Assembly: GCA_037481835.1 (NCBI GenBank)
Contig: JBBFKW010000016.1
Coordinates: forward strand, 1-64,000
Direction: 5' to 3'
DNA: 64,000 nucleotides
Origin: Desulfosoma sp.
Lineage (GTDB): Bacteria; Desulfobacterota; Syntrophobacteria; Syntrophobacterales; DSM-9756
In this document: positions 39,480 through 49,798 of the stretch, one piece after another
How the letters are laid out: each line of letters begins with the position of its first letter
Position numbering within the stretch: the stretch's first letter is position 1
Made by a program: the position numbers and the translations under genes
The notes under the pieces: model-generated
The model's database searches: none
What the model was told of the DNA's origin: nothing
What the model saw: only the letters and a program-made list of their open reading frames with translations

Positions 39480-40612
39480 GAATCGCTTTTTATTGCCCCA
39501 ACAAACCCTTGGGCCACCCCGAGCCTTCCGGCGACCAAAGCATCGCCCGAGGTCTCGTGCAGGCTTTGGAAAGTGAGGGGCATGGGGTCCGGGAAATGAG
39601 CACCTTTCGAGCGCGCTGGTTCTGGGCCCAAAGCGACGGGATCCGGCAGGCGGCGCTCGGATGCGTGGAAGCCCTGCGCCGATCCCTGGCGTGGCGCCCC
39701 GAGCTGTGGCTGACCTACCATAGCTACTATAAGGCGCCCGACGTGATCGGCCCGTGGCTGTCGCGCCTTCTTCGGGTGCCGTACGTCCTGTTTCAACCCA
39801 TGTACGGCACTCGGCGTCGGCGGGATGCCAAGACTCGGCCCGGCTTTTACCTGAACCGATTGGCCCTTCGAAGCGCATGGATTGCCGTGACGAACAATCG
39901 AAACGATCGGGCGGCCCTGGAACGCATTATCCCTCGGGAGCGCGTGGCGCACCTGGCCCCGGGAATCTTTCCCGAAATGTTTTCCAGGGACGATGCCGCC
40001 GGACGGACGGTGCGGACCCGCTACGGGGTGGCGGACAAGGACCGCCTGGTCCTTGCGGTGGCCCGGTTTCGGCCCGGGGTGAAATGGGAGAGCCTGCGCT
40101 TTCTTTTCCGCTCCCTGTCTTTGCTCGACGCCGTAGGGCTGTCCATGCGCCTCATGGTTGTGGGGGACGGACCTCTGGAAACCTCGGTCCGCCGGGAAGC
40201 CTCGGAGGGCTTGGGCGGGCGGGTGGTGTTTCCGGGGCGTGTGCCGCGCCGTGAACTCTACGCCTACTACAGCGCCGCGGACCTCTTTGCCTTTCCGGGC
40301 ATTGGGGAATCCCTCGGCATGGTGTACCTGGAAGCTCAGGCCTGCGGCCTTCCCGTGGTGGCTTTGCGGGAAGGCGGAGTGGATCAGGTCGTTGCGGACG
40401 GGGCAACGGGCGTGTTGGTTCCCGAACGCGACCCTGCAAGGTATGCGGAAGCCGTTTCGACCTTGATGCGCGAGGAGGGGCTGCGCCGCGCCATGGGCCG
40501 GGAAGCCGCCCGCTTCGTCCGGCGGCACCGCAACCTGCATCGGCAGGCCCGGTACCTGTCCGAGCTTTTGGAGTCGCTCCTTCGGGGGCCCAAGAGATTC
40601 TTTCGACGATGA
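39476..40612 (+). CDS. Glycosyltransferase family 4
   Basis: PSGD, YHSYYKAPD, ESLGMVYLEAQACGLPVV motifs. Confidence 0.85.
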   Translation: MRIAFYCPNKPLGHPEPSGDQSIARGLVQALESEGHGVREMSTFRARWFWAQSDGIRQAALGCVEALRRSLAWRPELWLTYHSYYKAPDVIGPWLSRLLRVPYVLFQPMYGTRRRRDAKTRPGFYLNRLALRSAWIAVTNNRNDRAALERIIPRERVAHLAPGIFPEMFSRDDAAGRTVRTRYGVADKDRLVLAVARFRPGVKWESLRFLFRSLSLLDAVGLSMRLMVVGDGPLETSVRREASEGLGGRVVFPGRVPRRELYAYYSAADLFAFPGIGESLGMVYLEAQACGLPVVALREGGVDQVVADGATGVLVPERDPARYAEAVSTLMREEGLRRAMGREAARFVRRHRNLHRQARYLSELLESLLRGPKRFFRR

Positions 40613-41334
40613 AAATCGCCATCCTTTCGGACATCCACGGCAACCTGGAATCCTTTCGGGAAGTGCTTCGCGATCTGGAAGAAGTCCGGCCCGAGAAAAT
40701 CGTGTGCCTGGGAGACGCCGTCGGGTACGGGCCCGATCCCGAAGCCGTGGTCCGGCTCCTCAAATCGCGGGGTATCCCCGCTCTTTTGGGGAACCACGAA
40801 TGGGCCTTGAGGCACCCCGAACACCTGGAATGGTTCAACCCGTCGGCTCGGCGGTCTTTGGAAAAGACCCTGGAACTTCTGTCTCCCGAAGCGGTGCGTG
40901 CCGTCACTCGATGGCCGACGACGCTTCGGGTGGAAGGGGCGCTGTGCGTGCATGGATGTCCGCCGGATTCGGTGACCCGGTACCTTTTCGAAGTTTCTTA
41001 CGAAGAATTTCCCGCCCTGTTTTCCACGTACGAAGAGCCCCTGTGTTTCGTCGGGCACACGCACCAGCTGCTCTGGGTCCGCTGGGACGGGCACGAGGTC
41101 ACCTCGGGCCGGTTCCTTGAAGACTTGTTGGAACTTGACCCCTCCGGCCGCTACATCGTCAACGTGGGCAGCGTGGGCCAGCCTCGAGACGGGGACAACC
41201 GTGCCAAGTATGTCCTGTGGGACACCCAAGCCCGGACGATCCACGTCCGGCGCGTGCCCTACGATATCGCCAAGACGGTCGAAAAAATTTTGGCCTTGGG
41301 ATTTCCACGCATAAACGCCGATCGGCTCTGGTAA
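40609..41334 (+). CDS. Calcineurin-like metallophosphoesterase
   Basis: SDIHGN, LGDAVGYG, GNHE, GHTH, NVGSVGQPRD motifs. Confidence 0.9.
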   Translation: MKIAILSDIHGNLESFREVLRDLEEVRPEKIVCLGDAVGYGPDPEAVVRLLKSRGIPALLGNHEWALRHPEHLEWFNPSARRSLEKTLELLSPEAVRAVTRWPTTLRVEGALCVHGCPPDSVTRYLFEVSYEEFPALFSTYEEPLCFVGHTHQLLWVRWDGHEVTSGRFLEDLLELDPSGRYIVNVGSVGQPRDGDNRAKYVLWDTQARTIHVRRVPYDIAKTVEKILALGFPRINADRLW

Positions 41335-41352
41335 AACAAGCCGTCTGGCGCG

Positions 41353-42741
41353 GTGAAAAAGATCGGGAGAGAACCCGTGCGGCGGATCGGTCGATACCCC
41401 ATCGTGGGGGCTTTGGGTCGAGGAGGCATGGGGCGGGTGTATCGCGTGCTGGAGCCCGATACCGGTCGGCTCTTGGCGCTCAAAATCCTGGATCCCCACC
41501 CGCACCTCGTCTCGGTCCTCGGGGAGGCCCGGGCCCGGCAGCTCTTCCTTGTGGAAACGGCGGTCATGGAAAAGGTGCGCCACCCCAACCTGGCCGCCAT
41601 GATCGACCGGGGCGTCCATGAAGGGCGCCCTTTTTTCGTGATGGAATACCACTGCCACCAGCTGGCGGATCATATCGGGGAGGCCGACGTGCTGGAGCGG
41701 CCCACTCGGCCTTTGCCCGCGCATGAGGCCTTTCGGATGACCCGCGAGATCCTCCAGGGCCTGGCGGCCATGCACCGGTCGGGAATGGTCCACCGGGACG
41801 TCAAGCCCGCCAACGTGCTCTTGACGGAAGACGACGGCGTCAAACTCATCGATTTCGGGTTGTCCAAAATCTCCGGGGTGTCTTTTCCCAAGACGCGCCG
41901 GATCGTCGTGGGAACGCCCTACTACGCCGCACCCGAGCAGGAAAGGGATCCGGAGGCCGCGACGGCGGCTTCGGACCTCTACAGTGTGGGTGTCCTTTTC
42001 TATCGGCTTCTGACTGGAAGGTTCCCGTCGGAGCTTTCCCGTAACGCCACGCCCCATCCTTTTGACGGCCCGTCATGGAAGGCTTTTTTCCGCAAGGCCT
42101 GCACCGCCGACCCCGCCGGGCGTTACCGGAGCGCCCAAGGGATGCTTCGAGCCCTGAGCGCGCTTCAAAAGACCTTCCATGCCTCCCTGGACCAGGCATG
42201 CCGCCTGTGGCACGAGGAGGCGCCTCGGTGGGCGGAGCCGGTGCGGTGTCGTCGCACGGCCGTGAAGGTGGGTCGCAAGGAGGCCGAGAAATTCTTCGAC
42301 CTGGACGCCTTGTGGCGGCCGCGGCGCGAAACCGTCAACCGCTGGACCCTCTACGGGGAGATCCTTTGGGATGAGACGACGGGGTTATGGTGGCAGCGGG
42401 GTGGTTCATCGGATCGGCTCACGTGGCCTGAAGCCCGGGCGGCCGTGCAACGGCTGTGCGATGAACGGTTTTTCGGCCGGAGCGATTGGCGGCTTCCCAC
42501 TGTTGACGAAGTGGCCACGGTGCTCAAAAGGCCCCGATATCCCGACACGTTTTGTCTGGAACCGGTCTTTTCCCGGGATGTGCGGCGGTTTTGGACCTCC
42601 GACCGATGTTCCTTTCGATCGGCCTGGTATGCCAGTTCCGAGCTGGGCTATATTGCGGTCCAGGATTTTTCCTGCCGCATGCATGTTCGGGCCGTGGCCG
42701 GCCCGGATGAGGAGACGCCCAAAAGACGGGGGGAACCATGA
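41353..42741 (+). CDS. Ser/Thr protein kinase with C-terminal DUF1566/Lcl-like domain
   Basis: GRGGMGRVY, HRDVKPAN, DFG, GTPYYAAPE. C-terminal TTGLWWQ..DWRLPTVDE. Confidence 0.85.
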   Translation: MKKIGREPVRRIGRYPIVGALGRGGMGRVYRVLEPDTGRLLALKILDPHPHLVSVLGEARARQLFLVETAVMEKVRHPNLAAMIDRGVHEGRPFFVMEYHCHQLADHIGEADVLERPTRPLPAHEAFRMTREILQGLAAMHRSGMVHRDVKPANVLLTEDDGVKLIDFGLSKISGVSFPKTRRIVVGTPYYAAPEQERDPEAATAASDLYSVGVLFYRLLTGRFPSELSRNATPHPFDGPSWKAFFRKACTADPAGRYRSAQGMLRALSALQKTFHASLDQACRLWHEEAPRWAEPVRCRRTAVKVGRKEAEKFFDLDALWRPRRETVNRWTLYGEILWDETTGLWWQRGGSSDRLTWPEARAAVQRLCDERFFGRSDWRLPTVDEVATVLKRPRYPDTFCLEPVFSRDVRRFWTSDRCSFRSAWYASSELGYIAVQDFSCRMHVRAVAGPDEETPKRRGEP

Positions 42742-44156
42742 CGCCTCGGTGGTCGGAACGGTTGAAGGTCTTCCTCTTTGACAGGGCCCGAAGCCCGGAA
42801 GGGACCCTCAGGGAAAAAGCGCGCTTTTTCGGCCGGGTCCTCTATCTCAGCGTGTGGAAGTTCAACCGGGACTTCTGTTTCGATCGAGCCGCCAGCCTGG
42901 CTTTCGCCACCATCCTGTCCCTGATTCCTTTTGCGGTCCTTTTCTTCAGTTTCGTGGGGCTCCTTGGCGGCGGAGAGAAGATTATTCACTTCGTGCAGCA
43001 AAAAATCCTCCCGGCCGTAGTCCCCGAATTCCAAGAGCAGGTGGTGGAATGGCTGGAGCGCTACATTTCCCCGACGGTCTTCAAGGCCGGCCCGGCAGGC
43101 CTCATCAACCTGGCGGCTTTGTTGGGCTTGGTCATGGGGGCGCTCAACATTCTCATCACCGCGGAAAGGGTCTTCAACCATATCTGGCGGGTCAAGGGAA
43201 CCCGGCATTATTTCCAGAAGGTCACGGCCTTCTGGGTTTTGCTCACCTCAAGCCCTTTCGTGATCGTGGCTTCCATGTGGGTGGGCAACGTCCTGGTGCC
43301 CCAGGGGGGCGCCGTGGAATCCTTTCTGCGGCGTCACTGGCTGGCGCAGGGCCTCTACGTGCTTGTCGCGCCGGTCCTGGTGGAAACCGTCTGCTTTGCT
43401 TTGATCTACCTCTTTTTGCCGTCGGCCCGGGTGCGTCTGAGAAACGCCGTCATCGCGGGATTGTGCGCCGCGCTCCTTTGGGAACTGTCCAAGAAGGGCT
43501 TTTACCTTTACGTGAGCCGAGCCGGGGAGGTGACCAACTTCTATCGTCAGCTGGCCGCCGTGCCCCTTTTTTTCCTCTGGCTCTTTCTCACTTGGATCAT
43601 CGTGTTGTGGGGCGGCCAGATAAGCTATGCTTTGCAAAACGCCCAATCCCTGACCCTGGAGCAACAAAAGGGGGTGAATATCCATCGGTTTTCCCTGGCA
43701 TCGTTGGGACTTTTTCTTCTCTTTCGCGTCTACGGCGATTTCTTGGAAGGACGACCGTCGCCGGACCTTGACAGGCTTGCCGACGAACTGGGCGTGCCCC
43801 AGGACCTGCTTGCGGACATTGCGGACTTCTTGGGGGATCGAAGCGTCCTCGTGGAAGACGCGCGCCACCCCGGTCGATACACCCTGGGGCGACATCCGTC
43901 CCGCATTGTCCTCGGTGAAGTGGTCCGGGGGCTCTATGAAAAGGAGTTTCCCGGAGAGACGCCCTTCTTGAGGCCGGAGGGTTTTTCGGGAAGGGACGGT
44001 TCGGCAGCGGATCGCGGCTTTCCCAACCCGGCGCACATCCTTTTGGAGGCGGCTCTTAGGGGCTATTTTGCCGCCTTCGAGGGAAAAAGCCTGGAAGCGG
44101 CCTGGGCGGAAGCTTCAGCGAGCCGAAGCGTTTTTTCTGCCGAGGGGAGCGTCTGA
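42738..44156 (+). CDS. YihY/BrkB family membrane protein with C-terminal HTH
   Basis: RAASLAFATILSLIP, FNHIWRV, PLFFLWLFLTWIIVLWG motifs. Confidence 0.85.
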   Translation: MTPRWSERLKVFLFDRARSPEGTLREKARFFGRVLYLSVWKFNRDFCFDRAASLAFATILSLIPFAVLFFSFVGLLGGGEKIIHFVQQKILPAVVPEFQEQVVEWLERYISPTVFKAGPAGLINLAALLGLVMGALNILITAERVFNHIWRVKGTRHYFQKVTAFWVLLTSSPFVIVASMWVGNVLVPQGGAVESFLRRHWLAQGLYVLVAPVLVETVCFALIYLFLPSARVRLRNAVIAGLCAALLWELSKKGFYLYVSRAGEVTNFYRQLAAVPLFFLWLFLTWIIVLWGGQISYALQNAQSLTLEQQKGVNIHRFSLASLGLFLLFRVYGDFLEGRPSPDLDRLADELGVPQDLLADIADFLGDRSVLVEDARHPGRYTLGRHPSRIVLGEVVRGLYEKEFPGETPFLRPEGFSGRDGSAADRGFPNPAHILLEAALRGYFAAFEGKSLEAAWAEASASRSVFSAEGSV

Positions 44157-44399
44157 TCAAAGCCCTTGCTCTTGCAAACCCTTTCCAGTTTATATCAAAG
44201 TCGCGGTCGGGATCCGGGAGGGCGGGACTTTCATGGTTCGTTGTCTCGCCGCGCGCGATGGGGGTTATCGTAAAAAGGTACAATGCGGCCCCGGCCATGA
44301 GCCACAATCGTGAGGGCCGCTCATCTAGGGACAGGGGGTCGGATTCGCATGAGCAGGTTTGACGACATGCCGCCGTCATCGGCCGCTTTCGAGGAGTCG

Positions 44400-45596
44400 A
44401 TGACGGACGGGGATGTCTTGACGGACAGGGACGAAAACCTTTCGGACCGACGGTCCTGGTTTCAGCGATGTCGCCGCCTTGTGGTGAAGGTGGGCAGCGC
44501 CGTGCTCACCACCCCGAGGGGCTTGGATCGGGTCATGATTCATCGGCTGAGCGATCAGCTGGCGGCCCTGAAGGAGCGCGGCCATGAGGTTCTCATCGTC
44601 TCTTCCGGGGCGGTGGCTTCGGGGATGCGTAAAGTAGGCCTGAAGGAAAAACCGCGGACCATCCCCCAGAAACAGGCCACGGCCGCCATCGGCCAGACCT
44701 TCCTCATGAACGCCTGGGAAGAAGCCTTTGACAAATTCGACCTTCTCACCGCCCAGATTCTTCTCACCCACGAGGATCTGGCCCATCGGCATCGGTATCT
44801 CAATGCGCGAAACACGCTGGAAACCCTCCTGGACTGGAACATCATCCCGGTGATCAATGAAAACGACACCGTCGTCGTCGAGGAAATCAAGTTCGGCGAC
44901 AACGACCAGCTCTCGGCCCTCATTGCAGGCCTGGTGGCCGCGGACCTGGTGGTGATCCTCACGGACACGGAAGGGCTCTACGACTGCGACCCCAGAACCC
45001 ATGACCATGCCCGGCTCATCCGGGTCGTCCACGGATTCAGCCCCAAGCTCATGGCCTGCGCCACGCCGCAACCCGGTACCGTGGGCACCGGGGGGATGCT
45101 GAGCAAGCTTCAGGCGGCCAAGAAGTGCCTTGCTTCGGGAATTCCCATGGTCATCGGCCCCGGGCGGGAAAAGGACATTCTGCTGCGGCTTTTCGATGGC
45201 GAACCGCTGGGGACCGTGTTCCTCCCCAAGAGGCGCCTGTATCACGGCAAGAAGATCTGGCTGGCCAATTTGACCAAACCTGCCGGAGAGCTGGTCCTGG
45301 ACCAAGGGGCGGTGAGGGCGCTGCAGAAGGCGGGAAAATCCCTGCTGCCCATCGGGGTGCGCGAAGTGCGCGGCACGTTCGGCGTGGGCGCCCCCGTTCG
45401 GTGCGTCGATGAAAAGGGAACGGTCATCGGCGTGGGACTCACCAACTATCGGTCCGGAGAAATTGAGCGGATCAAGGGCCACCACACCGAGGAGATCGAA
45501 GGGCTCCTGGGGTACAAGCATTCGGACGAAGTGATCCACCGAAACAATTTCGTTTTGGCGGAACCGGCCGGCGCCGTCGAGGCGGACGGCGTCTAG
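44400..45596 (+). CDS. proB: Glutamate 5-kinase
   Basis: VVKVGS, VSSGAV, INENDTV, FGDND, GTGGMLSK and a PUA domain. Confidence 0.96.
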   Translation: MTDGDVLTDRDENLSDRRSWFQRCRRLVVKVGSAVLTTPRGLDRVMIHRLSDQLAALKERGHEVLIVSSGAVASGMRKVGLKEKPRTIPQKQATAAIGQTFLMNAWEEAFDKFDLLTAQILLTHEDLAHRHRYLNARNTLETLLDWNIIPVINENDTVVVEEIKFGDNDQLSALIAGLVAADLVVILTDTEGLYDCDPRTHDHARLIRVVHGFSPKLMACATPQPGTVGTGGMLSKLQAAKKCLASGIPMVIGPGREKDILLRLFDGEPLGTVFLPKRRLYHGKKIWLANLTKPAGELVLDQGAVRALQKAGKSLLPIGVREVRGTFGVGAPVRCVDEKGTVIGVGLTNYRSGEIERIKGHHTEEIEGLLGYKHSDEVIHRNNFVLAEPAGAVEADGV

Positions 45597-45852
45597 GAAG
45601 GGAAAAGCCCGTCTCGACGATCCCACGGGATTCCGCACCCAGCGGGCAAGGGCCAATCCACCATCTCCAAGAACCTCGTGACAGGGAATTGGAGGAGCGG
45701 ACACTCAATGCGGTGCGGGCGGAAAGTCTTCGTGCCTGTGGGGGCGGCTGGAAACCGTGCGGGGCGGGTTTTGATGGGTTTTGAGGGGCGGAGGTGCGGG
45801 TCCGCCCTCAGATGCGTTTCAAAGGCATGACACAGGGGCTGGAGGAGAACCT

Positions 45853-47109
45853 ATGGGCTATCGGGAAGCCATGACGGCCATGGGCCGGCGCGCCCGTGAG
45901 GCGGCACACCTCATGGCCAAGGCCGGAATGACGGTCAAGGAAGTCTTTTTGGAAAAAACGGCCGATCGGATTCTCGCCGAACAGGAGCGAATCGCCCAAG
46001 CCAACGCCCTGGACATCGCCGCGGCGGAAGCCAAGGGCCTGCCCAAGGCCAAGGTGGATCGGCTCCGCCTGACGGACAAGGTGATCAAGGAAATGACGGA
46101 CGGTCTTCGCCAAGTGGCGCGGCTGCCGGATCCCGTGGGGCAGATCACGGGCATGTGGACCCGGCCCAACGGGCTGCGCGTGGGCCGCATGCGCATCCCC
46201 TTGGGGGTTGTGGGGATCATCTACGAATCGCGCCCCAACGTGACCGTGGATGCTGCGGGCTTGTGCATCAAGGCCGGAAACGCCGTGATCCTTCGGGGCG
46301 GCTCGGAAGCCTTTCATTCCAACCGATGCCTGGCGCAGATCCTCCAAGAAAGCCTCGTGGAATCCGGACTGCCCGAAGCGGCCGTCCAGGTGGTGGAGAC
46401 GACGGATCGGGAGGCGGTTTTGGAGCTGCTGCAGTTGGAAGACTACATCGACGTCATGATCCCCCGGGGAGGCGAAGAGCTCATCCGGTTTGTGGCCCAA
46501 AACGCCCGCATGCCGGTTCTCAAACACTACAAGGGCGTCTGCCACATTTACGTGGACGAGCGGGTGGATCTGGACATGGCCGAACGGGTGTGCCTGAACG
46601 CCAAGGTGCAACGGCCCGGGGTGTGCAACGCCATGGAAACCCTTCTCGTCCATCGAGGCATCGCCCCTGTGTTCCTGCCACGCATGGCCGAAGCCTTTCG
46701 CCGGCACGGCGTGGAACTTCGCGGATGCCCGGAAACCTGCCGCCTTGTTCCGGAATGCCGGCCGGCTACAGAGGAGGATTGGGGGGCGGAATACCTGGAC
46801 CTCATTTTGGCCGTGAAGGTCGTCCCTTCCATGGATGACGCCATCGAACACATCACCCGGTACGGATCCAGCCATACGGAGGCCATCTTGACGGAAGATT
46901 TTCAGCAGGCCATGCGCTTTATCCAGGAAGTGCAATCCAGCCTCGTGCTCGTCAATGCCTCCACTCGGTTCAACGACGGGTACCAATTGGGATTGGGGGC
47001 GGAAATCGGCATCTCCACGTCCCGGCTTCACGCCTTCGGGCCCATGGGTGTGGAGGAGCTGACGACCACCAAGTTCATCGCCTTCGGCACAGGCCAGTTG
47101 AGGCAATAG
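45853..47109 (+). CDS. proA: Gamma-glutamyl phosphate reductase
   Basis: [34 protein letters not shown] motifs. Confidence 0.96.
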   Translation: MGYREAMTAMGRRAREAAHLMAKAGMTVKEVFLEKTADRILAEQERIAQANALDIAAAEAKGLPKAKVDRLRLTDKVIKEMTDGLRQVARLPDPVGQITGMWTRPNGLRVGRMRIPLGVVGIIYESRPNVTVDAAGLCIKAGNAVILRGGSEAFHSNRCLAQILQESLVESGLPEAAVQVVETTDREAVLELLQLEDYIDVMIPRGGEELIRFVAQNARMPVLKHYKGVCHIYVDERVDLDMAERVCLNAKVQRPGVCNAMETLLVHRGIAPVFLPRMAEAFRRHGVELRGCPETCRLVPECRPATEEDWGAEYLDLILAVKVVPSMDDAIEHITRYGSSHTEAILTEDFQQAMRFIQEVQSSLVLVNASTRFNDGYQLGLGAEIGISTSRLHAFGPMGVEELTTTKFIAFGTGQLRQ

Positions 47110-47133
47110 GGGGCGGAGGAAAACGGGACGGTC

Positions 47134-47823
47134 ATGACCGGGCATACACCACGGCGCATCGGGATCTTGGGCGGGACGTTCAATCCGGTCCATGTGGGCC
47201 ATCTGCGCATGGCCGAAGAGGCCGTGGAAGCTCTGGGCCTGGACGTCTGCCTGTTCATCCCGGCTTGGGCGCCGCCTCACAAGAGCGACCCGAAGATGGC
47301 GCCTTTCGAGCACCGGTGGCGAATGTTGGAACTGGCCACGGCGGGGCACCCGCACTTTCACTTATCCGACCTGGAAAAGCGCTTGGAAGGGACATCCTAC
47401 ACGGTGCGCACGCTTCGGGCCCTGGCAGAGGAATTGCCTCCGGAAACCGTGCTGTTCCTCTTGGTGGGGACGGATGCCTTTTTCGAAATGCCCACGTGGT
47501 GGCGGTATCGCGAGATTTTCCGGAGAGCTTCGGTGGCTGTTTTGGAAAGACCGGGAACAGAGGAAGAAAATCCCTTGGCCTTCCTGCGCCGACATGTTTC
47601 GGCGGACTACGACGAGGACCCTGGGGCCGTGGGCGACGACCCGTGGATCCTTCGCACGTGTTACCGTGCGCCGGCGGATCTTCCGGTGGTTTTTCTGCAC
47701 ACGACCCGACTGGATATCGCCTCGTCGCGCATCCGGGCCCTCACCGCTGCGGGAAAATCCGTTCGGTTTCTGGTCCCCGATGCGGTGATGGATTATATTA
47801 ACGAAAAAGGTCTGTATCGGTGA
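47134..47823 (+). CDS. nadD: Nicotinate-nucleotide adenylyltransferase
   Basis: GGTFNPVHVGH, PPHK, SYTVRTL, IASSRIR motifs. Confidence 0.95.
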   Translation: MTGHTPRRIGILGGTFNPVHVGHLRMAEEAVEALGLDVCLFIPAWAPPHKSDPKMAPFEHRWRMLELATAGHPHFHLSDLEKRLEGTSYTVRTLRALAEELPPETVLFLLVGTDAFFEMPTWWRYREIFRRASVAVLERPGTEEENPLAFLRRHVSADYDEDPGAVGDDPWILRTCYRAPADLPVVFLHTTRLDIASSRIRALTAAGKSVRFLVPDAVMDYINEKGLYR

Positions 47824-47850
47824 GGTTTAAAAAAGCGTCTCGGAGGAAGG

Positions 47851-48267
47851 ATGGCTCATTCCGTGAAACACGTGAAAAACCCTCGAACGATCATGGATCC
47901 TTTGGCCAAGGCCCTCTCATGCGCCAAGGAAGCGGACGACCGCAAGGCTTCGGACATCGTCCTGCTGGATGTGTCCAGGATCACCACGTTGGCGGATTAT
48001 TTTCTCATCTGCAGCGGCCGATCCAGCCGTCAGGTGCAAGGCATTGCGGAAGCGGTCCAGACGCGCCTGCGGGAACTGGGCGTGCGGCCCTTGGGTGTGG
48101 AAGGGGAGCGGGAAGGCCACTGGGTCCTCATGGACTACGGGGATGTGATCGTGCACATCTTCTATGCCCCCATTCGGGAGCTCTACGACTTGGAAAGCCT
48201 GTGGTCGGACGGCACGGTGGTCTCGTTGGACGAGCATCTGGCCATGCGGCACGGTGAATCGTCATGA
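47851..48267 (+). CDS. rsfS: Ribosome silencing factor
   Basis: DYFLICSG, WVLMDYGDVIVHIF, YDLESLW. Follows nadD. Confidence 0.93.
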   Translation: MAHSVKHVKNPRTIMDPLAKALSCAKEADDRKASDIVLLDVSRITTLADYFLICSGRSSRQVQGIAEAVQTRLRELGVRPLGVEGEREGHWVLMDYGDVIVHIFYAPIRELYDLESLWSDGTVVSLDEHLAMRHGESS

Positions 48268-49700
48268 ACCGAACGTGGCGGGCGGCCGTCGCCGCCTTTC
48301 TGGTGCTGAGCCTCCTTGCGGGCACGGGGCCCTCGTCCCGGGCGTGGGCTCTGGATCTGGAAGAGGAAAAGGAACTGGGCCGAAAGATGCTGCAGACGGT
48401 CCGGGAACACTTCCGCCTCATCGAAGATCCCGAGGTGGCCGGATACGTCCAAGGCATCGGCAAGAGGGTCGTTCGGGCCCTGGGGCCGGCCCATTACGAC
48501 TATGCCTTTTTTGTGATCGACGACGCCACACCCAACGCTTTCGCCATTCCCGGCGGCTATGTGTTCGTCTTTCGCGGGCTCATGGAACTCATGGACTCCG
48601 AAGCCGAACTGGCCGGCATCTTGAGCCATGAGTTGGCCCATGTGCAGGCGCGCCACATTCACAAGCAGCTGGAAAAAGGGCGAATGCTCAGTATCGCCGC
48701 CATCGTGGGAACCCTTGCGGGGGCTTTTCTCGGGCTGGATGGTGCGGCCGCCCAGGCCCTGGCGGTGGGGAGCATGGCGGGAGCCCGAAGCCTGCAGCTG
48801 AAATACAGCCGGGAAAACGAAGAGGAAGCGGACCGCTTGGGCTTTCAATATCTCACCTCGGCGGGCTATGACCCTCACGCCATGGTCACGGTCATGCAGA
48901 AGATGCGGCGCATGAACTGGCAAAGCGACAGCCGCGTGCCGTCTTACCTACTGACCCACCCGGCTTTGGGGGAACGGGTGGGATACTTGGAACAGCTCGT
49001 GGAACACGGCGGGACAGGCGGTTCCGGGCGGGCTTTTCGCGATTCCGTGGGGGATTACCCTTTCATGCAGGCCGTCTTGATGAGTCGCCACACGGATTTC
49101 GATGCGGCGCAGAACCGCTTTACCGGGTGGTTGCAGGATCCCGCGCGAAAGGCGGCCGCTCTCTACGGCCTCGGGCGGTTGGAGTTGCAAAAGGGGCGCC
49201 TCGAAGACGCCTTGGCCCATTTACGCCAAGCGGCGATCCTCAAGCCCGCAAGCCCGCTGGTCTTGAACAGTTTGGGCGAAGCCTACCAGCGCCTGGGCCG
49301 GTTGGACGAGGCGGAAAAAGCCCTGCGCTCGGCCCTGATGATGGACGACGAATCGCCTATGGTGCACCTCAGGCTCGGCCTGGTTTACCAGGACGAGAAT
49401 CGATGGCAGGAGGCCCTGCAGCATCTCAAGAGAGCCGAAGGGCTGTCGCCGCTCAACGCCGAGCTGGACTACCACCTGGGGGTCCTTTACGGGCGCATGC
49501 AGGATCTGGGGCCCGCTCACTACCACCTGGGCCGATACGCCATGCGAAAGGGCGATCCCCAGTTGGTGGCCTTTCACCTGGAAAAGGCCAAATCCTTTCT
49601 TGCCCCCTCCGACGACCGGATCAAAGAATTGGAACGGTGGCTCAAAGAAGCCAAGAAGACCCCTCGGGACAGCCGACGGCAAGTGCTTGACGGTTTTTGA
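48264..49700 (+). CDS. M48 family metalloprotease with TPR repeats (BepA-like)
   Basis: Signal peptide, PNAFAIPGG, HELAH, YSRENEEEAD, LTHP, then TPR repeats. Confidence 0.88.
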   Translation: MNRTWRAAVAAFLVLSLLAGTGPSSRAWALDLEEEKELGRKMLQTVREHFRLIEDPEVAGYVQGIGKRVVRALGPAHYDYAFFVIDDATPNAFAIPGGYVFVFRGLMELMDSEAELAGILSHELAHVQARHIHKQLEKGRMLSIAAIVGTLAGAFLGLDGAAAQALAVGSMAGARSLQLKYSRENEEEADRLGFQYLTSAGYDPHAMVTVMQKMRRMNWQSDSRVPSYLLTHPALGERVGYLEQLVEHGGTGGSGRAFRDSVGDYPFMQAVLMSRHTDFDAAQNRFTGWLQDPARKAAALYGLGRLELQKGRLEDALAHLRQAAILKPASPLVLNSLGEAYQRLGRLDEAEKALRSALMMDDESPMVHLRLGLVYQDENRWQEALQHLKRAEGLSPLNAELDYHLGVLYGRMQDLGPAHYHLGRYAMRKGDPQLVAFHLEKAKSFLAPSDDRIKELERWLKEAKKTPRDSRRQVLDGF

Positions 49701-49798
49701 AAAGCAGTGTTACACATGCAGCTTACACGTGAGGGGCCGTTGGAGGACCAATCCAGTGTCGACCCGAGGTGCGGGCCTGGGGTTTTGAGGAGGGATCC

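Noticed and set aside
45603..45772. Calling the proB-proA hairpin 6S RNA
   Set aside because: Size and rod shape are suggestive, but there is no recognisable 6S consensus, promoter or usual synteny. Kept only as an unnamed structure.
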